Shown one piece after another: positions 26,219-34,415 of a DNA stretch of 64,000 nucleotides. A program made the position numbers and the translations under genes. Source of the DNA: Octopus sinensis (Eukaryota); NCBI RefSeq assembly GCF_006345805.1, contig NC_043006.1:4650001-4714000 (forward strand), given 5' to 3'. Position 1 is the stretch's first letter, and each line of letters starts with the position of its first letter. Under the pieces are notes generated by a model. That model had not been told where the DNA came from. It saw nothing but the letters and a program-made list of their open reading frames with translations, and did not search any database.

Positions 26219-28542
26219 GGGCATCCAGCTGTAGAAACTCTGCCAGATCAAGACTGGAGCCTGGTGCAGCCATCTGGTTCGCCAGCCCTCAGTCAACCCG
26301 TGCTAGCATGGAAAGCGGACATTAAACGATGATGATGATATATATATATACTCACAATGGGCTTCTTTTAGTTTCTATCCACTCACAAGGCTTTGGTGGG
26401 CCGGAGGCTATAGAAGACACTTCCCCAAGGTGTCACACAGTGGAACTGAACCTGGAACCATGTGGTTTGTAAGCAAGCTTCTTACCACTCAGCCGTGTCT
26501 TAACCTGCTAAATTAAATTACTTTATGTTATAAAAAGATAGGAAAAGTGAAATTTTGTTGCCTGAACATTTGTGTTGCTGGTTTTAAAGATGGTGAGATA
26601 AAAAAATCTGTTGGACTGTTTTGGCTTCAGTTTTAATAAAGACACACAGTTGATTGCAAGACGGTGTATAATTAACCTAATTGGCTTCTTGCTTTTGTAG
26701 ATATAATATTCGTTATGGTCGTTTCAAGAGTGATGAAAGAGACATTCAGGAAGCTGCTGCTGGCGCCGATATTCACGAACGGATTATGTCATTTCCAAAT
26801 CGTTATGATACAGTTGTTGGTGAAAGAGGTTTGAAACTGAGTGGTGGAGAAAAGCAGAGAGTTGCGATTGCTCGGACATTGTTAAAGGCTCCAGCTATCG
26901 TCCTTCTGGATGAAGCAACATCAGCCCTGGATACCGAAACTGAAAGAAACATCCAAGCATCATTATCACGTGTATGTGAAAACCGCACAACTATTATCGT
27001 AGCACATCGCCTTTCCACTGTTATTCACGCTGACCAAATTTTAGTTCTTCATGAAGGCGTAATTATAGAACGAGGAACGTAAGTACCTGTATTTTGATAC
27101 TTTCAGATCTGAAGTTATTAAATAATCAAGATAAATATTTAAGTTTGATTGTCATTAACCCTTTTGTTACCAACCTGGCTGAAACCGGCTCTGGTTCTGA
27201 ATACAAATGTCTTGTTTTCATAAGTTTTGAATTAAAATCTTCCACCAAACCTTAGTCACAATTTATGTTCCTAACACTAGCTGAATGGTAACTAAGTTAT
27301 TTTAGTAAATTCTTTGTTGTATTGAAAGTAATTGAAAGAAACACAGAGCATCTCAAAATGAATACAGTAATGAAAGGGTTAAGGTGGTGAAGAGGTGATA
27401 CCCTGTCATCGCTTCACCATTGTCTCCCTTTTTCCACCTGGGGTAGTTGTGTATCTCCACTTCTACAAGACACTTCTGGACCACTTATGTTCACCTTCCT
27501 GTAACTTAACCCTTTTGTTACCAACCTAGCTGAAACTGGTACAAATGGCTCTGAGTACAAATGTCTTGTTTTCATAAGTTTGGAATTAAAATCTTCCACC
27601 AAACCTTAATCACAATTTATGTTCCTAACACCAGCTGAATGATAACTAAGTTATTTTAGTAAATTCTTTGTTGTATTGAAAGTAATTGAAAGAAACTCAG
27701 AGCATCTCAAAATAAATGCAGTAACTAAAGGGTTAACATGTTCATACTCCTAAAATAGCTGTAGTTTGATGAGTTACAACAATCCCCATTTGAGCCCTGC
27801 ATTAATATAATATGATTGCTTAATCTCAAGTCTTACACAAATTAATCTTGCTATTTCTTACAAATTTGTTTTAAATTTTTGCACAGCACCCACAGGACCC
27901 ACATTTCACCAATCATTTTTTGTTTATATTGAATTTTCTTTAAATTTATCCCCAAATCATCTTTGAAATCACAACTGATAATGGACTCCACTTGCAGATA
28001 TCTGCAGAGGTCATGAACTTTAATGCCTCATTGAACTGGTATTCATAAACACTGGCATGTGACCAGTACAAGCTGAACACTTAAAGTGTTAATGTTACCT
28101 GAAGTTTGTAAAGAAACCCTCATCCAAGCCCTTCTTTTGTGATTTTCTCTCCACACTTACTTCTGCAACCATTTTCCAGCTTCTTCCACAACCATGAGAT
28201 TATTTCAGAAAGCTTTGGAGACAAATTTTACTAATTGGTTATTGATCTTCACTGTTGCTCCTATTGATAAATGCTCCATTTACAGAGAACCACTCCTCTT
28301 AAAGAGATTATGGAACATGTTCTCTTTAAAATATATTGAGATGTCACAGCCTTCAAAATCAAAAATATTCTTAAGTACACAGAACTTAGCGTGACCTTGT
28401 CTTCTGATTTGGCTTTTTCTTTTTTATCTATTACAGGCATACTGAGTTGATCAAAGCTGAAGGTGCTTATAGCTCAATGTGGCAACAACAGTTGACAAAT
28501 ATGTCAGCAGAGGAATCTTCAGAGAACATATCAGACAAGTAA
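65..28542 (+). CDS. ABCB6: ABCB6/HMT-1-like ABC half-transporter, 3' 14 exons (5' part outside the window)
   Basis: Exons 65-245, 4732-4836, 5638-5740, 10321-10532, 12973-13082, 15499-15564, 17569-17783, 17956-18019, 19192-19277, 20206-20263, 20734-20838, 25608-25681, 26701-27078, 28437-28542 splice in frame with GT-AG. Motifs: [51 protein letters not shown], Walker [11 protein letters not shown]-loop GVVPQD, signature LSGGEKQ, Walker [17 protein letters not shown]. All match ABCB6 as I recall it. Confidence 0.96.
325..665 (-). mobile_element. RTE 3' UTR-only copy
   Basis: (cat)n-cgtcc..tttccatgctagcatgggttggacgg...ctacagctggatgcccttcc block shared with 1976-2856. Confidence 0.85.
1000..1222 (-). 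mobile_element. tRNA-derived SINE-A (working name)
   Basis: Head ggcgagctggcagaa..gttagc (A box) and gagttcaaattc (B box), core gcctttcatcctttcggggtcgataaa; related copies at 2862-3080 and 3115-3305. Confidence 0.85.
1976..2856 (-). mobile_element. RTE-clade LINE, 5'-truncated copy (ORF C-terminus + 3' UTR + (GAT)n tail)
   Basis: ORF 2593..2829 [11 protein letters not shown]...GRGRPRKTW is a typical RTE C-terminus, contiguous with the repeated 3' UTR and the (CAT)n tract. Confidence 0.9.
3340..3870 (-). mobile_element. Unclassified ~520-bp repeat ending in (AAT)n; second copy at 61775-62200
   Basis: two dispersed copies with high similarity, both abutting AAT microsatellites. Confidence 0.75.
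4165..4600 (-). mobile_element. tRNA-derived SINE-B with CORE-like motif and internal (TA)n(TG)n
   Basis: Head ggagtggctgtgtggtaag..gggttcagtccc, CORE-like gtggcaccttgggcaagtgtc; copy also at 6545-6928. Confidence 0.85.
4732..4836 (+). CDS. ABCB6: ABCB6 exon (VNSLSED...FMLQGGGF)
   Basis: tttag/gtaagc boundaries, phase 1-1. Confidence 0.9.
5638..5740 (+). CDS. ABCB6: ABCB6 exon ([34 protein letters not shown])
   Basis: ctccag/gtatgc boundaries, phase 1-2. Confidence 0.93.
5826..6165 (-). mobile_element. RTE 3' UTR-only copy
   Basis: same shared block and tail. Confidence 0.85.
6169..6333. repeat. Fold-back inverted repeat (~70-bp arms)
   Basis: 6169-6240 is the imperfect reverse complement of 6267-6333. 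Confidence 0.85.
7266..7495. mobile_element. piggyBac-type MITE copy 1
   Basis: TTAA-ccctttcgttacc ... ggtaataaaaggg-tgaa; internal sequence shared with three other copies. Confidence 0.75.
7912..8135 (-). mobile_element. SINE-A
   Basis: same consensus. Confidence 0.88.
8472..8705 (+). mobile_element. SINE-A
   Basis: same consensus, opposite orientation to 7912-8135. Confidence 0.88.
8917..9196 (+). mobile_element. RTE 3' UTR-only copy nested in a SINE-B
   Basis: same block, (gat)n tail at the right end. Confidence 0.85.
9485..9592. repeat. (CCT)n(CAT)n(CTT)n compound microsatellite (another (CTT)n at 60996-61107)
   Basis: direct reading. Confidence 0.95.
10321..10532 (+). CDS. ABCB6: ABCB6 exon ([21 protein letters not shown]...CMMLYL)
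   Basis: tttcag/gtaagt boundaries, phase 2-1. Confidence 0.95.
10975..12221 (-). mobile_element. Mariner transposon relic, near full length
   Basis: TA-flanked TIRs ttgggtcatcccataaataat / attatttataggatgactcaa; decayed [18 protein letters not shown] and DYHLF motifs. Confidence 0.9.
12973..13082 (+). CDS. ABCB6: ABCB6 exon ([14 protein letters not shown]...DSLINFET)
   Basis: ttttag/gtttgg boundaries, phase 1-0; part of ORF 12915..13139. Confidence 0.95.
13543..14955 (-). mobile_element. Tc1/mariner (maT/DD37D-like) relic with nested CR1 fragment
   Basis: TA-flanked TIRs cagagtgtccgcaaaaaatgtat / atacatgttttgggacaccctg; FLWGYLK motif in ORF 13817..14014. Confidence 0.8.
14190..14690 (-). 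mobile_element. CR1-clade LINE 3' fragment with (ATT)n tail
   Basis: ORF 14336..14683 TRGHVYKV...[18 protein letters not shown] matches the CR1 ORF2 C-terminal motif. Confidence 0.85.
14987..15358. repeat. Fold-back inverted repeat (~180-bp arms, 13-nt loop)
   Basis: 14987-15165 vs 15179-15358; inner ~77 bp appears perfectly complementary by eye. Confidence 0.93.
15499..15564 (+). CDS. ABCB6: ABCB6 exon ([22 protein letters not shown])
   Basis: ttaaag/gtgagt boundaries, phase 0-0. Confidence 0.93.
15965..16180 (-). mobile_element. RTE 3' UTR-only copy
   Basis: same block. Confidence 0.85.
17040..17465 (+). mobile_element. RTE 3' UTR-only copy
   Basis: same block with several internal sub-repeats. 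Confidence 0.85.
17569..17783 (+). CDS. ABCB6: ABCB6 exon ([14 protein letters not shown]...[10 protein letters not shown])
   Basis: ttgcag/gtaagc boundaries; ORF 17548..17787. Confidence 0.95.
17956..18019 (+). CDS. ABCB6: ABCB6 exon ([21 protein letters not shown])
   Basis: aatag/gtaaga boundaries, phase 2-0. Confidence 0.94.
18056..18283. mobile_element. piggyBac-type MITE copy 2
   Basis: TTAA-ccctctcgttac ... gtaacgaaaagg-TTAA. Confidence 0.8.
18583..19010 (-). mobile_element. RTE 3' UTR-only copy
   Basis: same block with tandem gtgccaccggcac modules. Confidence 0.85.
19192..19277 (+). CDS. ABCB6: ABCB6 exon ([28 protein letters not shown])
   Basis: tttcag/gtaagt boundaries, phase 0-2. 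Confidence 0.93.
20206..20263 (+). CDS. ABCB6: ABCB6 exon ([19 protein letters not shown])
   Basis: tttcag/gtaagt boundaries, phase 2-0. Confidence 0.93.
20734..20838 (+). CDS. ABCB6: ABCB6 exon with Walker A ([20 protein letters not shown]...QDISL)
   Basis: ttaaag/gtaagt boundaries, phase 0-0. Confidence 0.95.
21427..21835 (+). mobile_element. SINE-B (others at 8725-9415 split, 25930-26500, 34180-34640, 44930-45340, 51538-52045, 52175-52545)
   Basis: same consensus, gtaaaaga tail repeats. Confidence 0.88.
21985..25010 (-). mobile_element. RTE-clade LINE, ~3 kb decayed copy (partial APE + RT, frameshifts and stops)
   Basis: APE-like QHRLVVSD; RT motifs [70 protein letters not shown]; broken over ORFs 22500..24787. 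Confidence 0.93.
25037..25431 (+). mobile_element. Non-autonomous Helitron
   Basis: A|TC 5' end, subterminal hairpin cccgagcaacgccggg, CTAG|T 3' end. Confidence 0.82.
25608..25681 (+). CDS. ABCB6: ABCB6 exon with Q-loop ([24 protein letters not shown])
   Basis: ttttag/gtgaaa boundaries, phase 0-2. Confidence 0.94.
26701..27078 (+). CDS. ABCB6: ABCB6 exon with ABC signature, Walker B and H-loop
   Basis: ttgtag/gtaagt boundaries; ORF 26681..27082 contains [35 protein letters not shown]. Confidence 0.97.
27155..27382. mobile_element. piggyBac-type MITE copy 3
   Basis: TTAA-cccttttgttac ... gtaatgaaaggg-TTAA. Confidence 0.82.
27506..27736. mobile_element. piggyBac-type MITE copy 4
   Basis: TTAA-cccttttgttac ... 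gtaactaaaggg-TTAA. Confidence 0.82.
28437..28542 (+). CDS. ABCB6: ABCB6 last coding exon ([18 protein letters not shown]...SDK*)
   Basis: ttacag acceptor, phase 2, TAA at 28540-28542. Confidence 0.92.
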
Positions 28543-28864
28543 TTAGGAATATTTTCAGTTTTTTTAAAATTCAGAATAGATTTTTTTTCCACATTTCTGA
28601 TGGTTTGTATGATAGAGTTATATATAAATATGAGTTTGTATGATAGAGTTTGTAATTTTATTGAGAAAATGTTTTTGGATCTCATATGTCAGAATCTAAT
28701 AAAATACCTGAATAAGTTTTTCCACTTATTGATTCCAAATCACTTGTATTGTTTCATTATTAAATTAGCAGCTAATTTCAGTTCCTCTGGGGCAAAATGT
28801 GTTAACTGCAGCACATGTAATCTGAATTTCCATGTTTCTGTCACCTAGTTCATTATTCCTACCT

Positions 28865-29300
28865 GGTCTTGGAAATTATAGTTGTGGCTGATGCCGGCAC
28901 CGCCTGTCTGGCTCTCTGTGCTGGTGGCCCGTAAAAAGCACTATCCGAATGTGGTCGATGCCAGCCCCCTCGCCCCGACCGGCTCCTGTACCAGTGGCAC
29001 GTAAAAAGCACTGTCCGAATGTGGCCAGTGCCAGCACCGCCTTGACTGGCTCCTGTGCCAGTGGAAAGTAAAAGCACCATCCAAACATGGTCGATGCCAG
29101 CCCCTGTGCTGGTGGCATGTAAAAAGTACCCACTACACTCTCGGAGTGGTTGATATTAGGAAGGGCATCCAGCTGTAGAAACACTGCCAGATCAGATTGG
29201 AGCCTGGTTCAACCTCCTGGTTTCCTAGACCCCAGTCAAACCGTCCAACCCATGCCAGCATGGAAAACGGACATTAAACGATGATGATGATAATGATGAT
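28865..29300 (+). mobile_element. RTE 3' UTR-only copy between the two convergent genes
   Basis: same block, (gat)n tail. Confidence 0.85.
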
Positions 29301-29679
29301 GTCTTTGGATGCTTACTCCCCATCTAGTTTTAGTGGCTCCTAAAGGATCCTGAGAACTATCTTTCAATCCTGACTGTCCACGGAAAACCCCAAACTGTAA
29401 AAGTGTCTTGGGGTAGGCACTCAAAATAAATGTGGTATTTATATTTTCAAAGGAAATAGCTAAAAGTAGGAACTAAAACTGAGTTACAAATTTAGTTTAC
29501 CAACAATTAAATATTTGAAAATTTAAAATAAAGTTGAAATCATTGGAAAATTATAGAAAAATATTTATCCAAAAATTTAAATATCCAAAGAATTGAAACT
29601 AATTAAAATTCTTTCAATATGAAATATTTGAACATTATTTCACTCGGAAAGTTTTCAGTTCGTTAAGATTGTCGTTAGC

Positions 29680-29845
29680 TCATGCTGTAACGTCTGTTGT
29701 AGCCTGAAGGTTTTTCTTCCTTTGTTTCTTAAATTCTGCTTTAAATCGGTAATACGTAGAATCTGTGAGGACCACAGTGACAATGAGATTTTCTTTGGTG
29801 TCATCAGGAATCGCTGAAACAATGCTTGATTCTTGTTGGAGCCAT
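29680..29845 (-). CDS. GTPBP6: GTPBP6 exon 11 (WLQQESSIV...STYYRFKAEFKK...TA*)
   Basis: ttctag acceptor, phase 2, TGA at 29682-29680; resembles GTPBP6 WLYKEATV...SAYGKFRKLF. Confidence 0.9.
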
Positions 29846-32511
29846 CTAGAATATAATAAAGCAGAAGTTTAAATAAATACTATAAAAAAAGGTCAGGAAT
29901 TTAAAACATGTAAGTGAATCTATATTGTGGATTAAGTCTATTATTCTTTTCTTTTATTCTTTTACTTGTTTCAGTCATTTGACTGTGGCCATGCTGGAGC
30001 ACCGCCTTTCGTCGAGCAAATTAACCCCGGGACTTATTCTTTTTAAGCCCAGTACTTATTCTATCAGTCTCTTTTGCCGAACCGCTAAGTGACGGGGACG
30101 TAAACACACCAGCATCGGTTGTCAAGCAATGCTAGGGGGACAAACACAGACATATACACACACATACATACATATATATATATATATACACATATATACG
30201 ACAGGCTTCTTTCAGTTTCCGTCTACAAAATCCACTCACAAGGCATTGGTCGGCCCGGGGCTATAGCAGAAGACACTTGCCCAAGATGCCATTATGTGGG
30301 ACTGAACCCAGAACCATGTGGTTGGTTAGCAAGCTACTAACGACACAGCCACTCCTGCACCTATGTATATTATAGTCGTTGATTTAATTAACCTGGAAAA
30401 ATAGATGGCACCAATTCTATTATTTTTTGTGAGCAGGAACAATGCCTTTCAGCAAGACATAGAAATAGTGAAATTTTCATATCTTTTCAGCCAATAGTGA
30501 GATTGGAAAAATGGATGTCAACAAAAATATTGCTTGAAACTGTTTTAGATTAAATTAGCTTTCCTATAATTATTAACATTTATTTGTTTTAGATTCTTTC
30601 AATTGGCTGTGTGGTAAGTAGCTTGCTTACCAACCACATGGTTCAGGGTTCAGTCCCATTGCGTGACACCTTGGGCAAGTGTCTTCTACTATAGCCTCGG
30701 GCCGACCAAAGCCTTGTGAGTGGATTTGGTAGGTGGAAACTGAAAGAAGCCTGTCGTATATATATATATATAAATGTATGTATGAATATGTGTCTGTGTT
30801 TGTCCCCACCAACATCGCTTGATAACCGATGCTGGTGTGTTTACGTCCCCGTCACTTAGCGGTTCGGCAAGAGAGACGGATAGAATAAGTACTAGGCTTA
30901 CAAAGAATAAGTCCTGGGGTCGATTTGCTCAACTAAAGGTGGTGCTCCAGCATGGCCGTAGTCATATGACTGAAATGATTAAAAGAAAAAAAAAAAAGAA
31001 TGTCTATTTCATGTTAGCATGGCTAAAATGAATACATTGAGGCATACCTTTATAACCAGGTGGTCTTCCTGTCAATAACCCTTTATTTGCTTTTCCAAGA
31101 AGGGATCTTGTATATATATATATATATACATCACGTGATCACGTGACCGACCAGACCATCAGATGTTGTTACACATCGCTGGTCACAATGCATTCGCATT
31201 GTTTTAGCCTCCGAATGATGCCACCTCGCTGGCTAAGCGAGCAGGCCAACCGAAGAAAGAGTGATGAAAGAGTACAGCAGGGATCACCACCCCCTGCCGG
31301 AGCGTTGTGGAGCTTTTAGGTGTTTTCGCTCAATAAACGCTCACAACGCCCGGTCTGGGAATCGAAACCGCGATCCTGCGACCGCGAGTCTGCTGCCCTA
31401 ACCACTGGGCCATTGTGCCTCCACATATATACATATGCATTGAGAAAACCACATGATGTGATTGAAACATTACTGGTCTCAAACTGCCCCTTACACTGGT
31501 GAATCATGTGTATTATGATTACACATTGTCTAAAAGAAGGAGCTGTTCTCAGCAGATGGAAAACAAGAGCAATCAGATATTCGTTGTTGAATCGGTCAGA
31601 ATGCATTACAAAAGGATAACTGTATTATCGTTTGGTTTCTTACTGTTCTGCATGCACTTCTTGAATTTATATACATACTAGCAGTATCGCCCGGCATTAC
31701 TCGGGTTTGTTTCGACCCTTTAGAATTGGAAACATTTTGCATTATGTAGCTTGTTATTCTCTTTAAGTGAACATATTTCTGGTTGAAATACACCGAAAAA
31801 TGGTGACACAGCAGTCAAAAAATCATAAAAAATAGGGATTTTCATAGAAAAAAAGCACCTTTTTAATGTAAATAATTTTTGGTGTTAACATGGTCCGATT
31901 TGAATTTTATCTTCTATGGAATGAAGAGCAAGCCTTCTTCTATCATATTCTCAATTTTGGTCAATTTGCGCGGCAGGGTCTCGAAGGAGATAGTGTTAGT
32001 TGAAGGCTACCAAACCTGCCACACACAGACAATTTCAGCTTTATATATATAGATGTGTGTGTGTGTGTTTGTTTGTGGTTCAGTGGTTGGACCATCAGGC
32101 TTGCAATCGTGAGGTTGTGAGTTTGATTCCAGGACAGGACTGTGTGTTGTGTTCTTGAGCAAGACACTTTATTTCATGTTCACTCAGCTGTAGAAATGAG
32201 TTGCAATGTCACTGGTGCCAAGTACTGTATTAGCCTTTGCCTTTCTCTTGAGCAACATCAGTGGTGTGGATTTGAGAGACTGGTATGCATGGGTGACTGT
32301 GGATCTTCCAGAAACAACTTTGCCCAGATTTGTGCCTTGGAAGGGAAACTTCCTAGGTGCACTCCCATGGTCATTCATGACTGAAAGAGGTCTTAAGAGG
32401 AGATATATATATATATATATATCATCATCATTTAGTGTCCGCTTTCCATGCTAGCATGGGTTGGACGGTTCAACTGGGGTCTGTGAAGCCAGAAGGCTGC
32501 ATCAGGCCCAG

Positions 32512-32556
<45 letters not shown>

Positions 32557-34356
32557 TGGAGGCGCGTGGCTTAGTGGTTAGGGTGTCAGCATCATGATTG
32601 TAAAATTGTGGTTTCGATTCCTGGACCTGGCAACGTGTTGTGTTCTTGAGCAAAACACTTCATTTCACGTTGCTCCAGTCCACTCAGCTGGCAAAAATGA
32701 GTAACGCTGCGATGGACTGGCGTCCCGTCCAGCTGGGGAACACATACGCCATTGAAACCAGGAAACCGGGCCCATGAGACTGGCTAGGCTTGAAAAGGGC
32801 GCATTTATTTTATTATTTATTATACACACACACACATATGTATATCATATATACAGTGAAACTAATAAAAAATGAAAGACTATGAAAATAGTGAGTTTGG
32901 GTAAAAAATGGTATAAAATTAATAATTGTTGGCAATACTTACTGGAAAAGAGGGCTCCCCATACTGATCCGAAACTTTCTTTGTTTCCAGTTGCTAGTAT
33001 TAAGGATGGCTTCTTGAATGCAATGCTTAAGTTTTCCAACTCCAGCTCCACTACTGGCATTTGTGTATATGCATTTCTCTTTGGACTCACTTTCGAGATT
33101 TTCCCTAAAATAAAACAAAATAACTGAATGATAGAGATCATCATCATCATCATCGTTTAGCATCCGTTTTCCATGCTAGCATGGGTTGGACGGTTCAACT
33201 GGGGTCTGGGAAGCCAGGAGGATGCACCAGGCTCCAGTCTGATCTGGCAGTGTTTCTACAGCTGGGTGCCCTTCCTAACGCCAACCACCGGCACAAGTGC
33301 CAGGCGAGGCTGGCAATGGCCACGATCGGATTGGTGCTTTTTACGTGCCACCGGCACGGAAGCCAGTCAAGGTGGCGCTGGCATCAGCCACGTTCGGATG
33401 GTGGTTTTTACGTGCCACAGGCACAAAAACATGAAGTCACTGAATTAATATAGCGCTTACATTGTAAAACTTTAAACTGCTTTAATATTAGTGACTGATC
33501 AATTGCCCCAAAATATTGATCGAAATTCACATTTAACCACGAAGAAAACAAAAGAAAAAAAAAAAAAAAGAGAGAGAGAGACCATGTATTTTTGTAAATG
33601 AGATTAGCAACAGAAATTTTTTAGCATTCTACAGGTAAACCATTTCCTAATTTCAGTTTGGTAGTAATGTTTTATATATATATCACCGTGACCGACCAGG
33701 CTATCAGATGTTGCTACACATCGCTGGTCACAATGTGCTTCGCATTGTTTTAGCCTTCAAATGATGCCACCCCGCTGGCTAAGCGAGCAGGCCAACAGAA
33801 GAAAGAGTGAGAGAAAGTTGTGGCGAAAGAGTACAGCAGGGATTGCCACCACCACCCCCTGCCGGAGCCGTGGAGCTTTAAATGTTTTCGCTCAATAAAC
33901 GCTCACAACGCCTGGTCTTGGAATCGAAACCGCGATCCTATGACTGCAAGTCCGCTGCCCTAACCACTGGGCCATTGCGGGCGTGAGAAAAACATCCAGT
34001 ACACTCTGTAAAGTGGTTGGTGTTAGGAAGAGCATCCAGCCACAGAAACCAAGCTACTGCTGACATTGGGGCTCGGCACTTGATATGGCCTTACAGCTTG
34101 CTGGATCCTGTTAGACTATCCAACCCATGCCAGCATGGAAAATGGATGATAAATGATGATAATATATGTATATATATATAAGGTGTAGGAGAGTCTGTGT
34201 GGTAACTAGCTTGTTTACCAACCACATGGTTCTGGGTACAGTCCCACTGCATGGCACCTTGGGCAAGTGTCTTCTACTATAGCCTTGGGCCGACCAAAGC
34301 CTTGTGAGTGGATTTGGTAGATGGAAACTGAAAGAAGCCCATCGTATATATGTATG

Positions 34357-34415
<59 letters not shown>

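Noticed and set aside
26701-27078. Unusually long single NBD exon as a retro-replacement / intron-loss event
   Set aside because: Needs comparison of intron positions across species, which cannot be done from this sequence.
31300-31425. tRNA genes
   Set aside because: The tRNA-like A/B boxes are SINE heads continuing into family-specific bodies; no complete cloverleaf could be supported.
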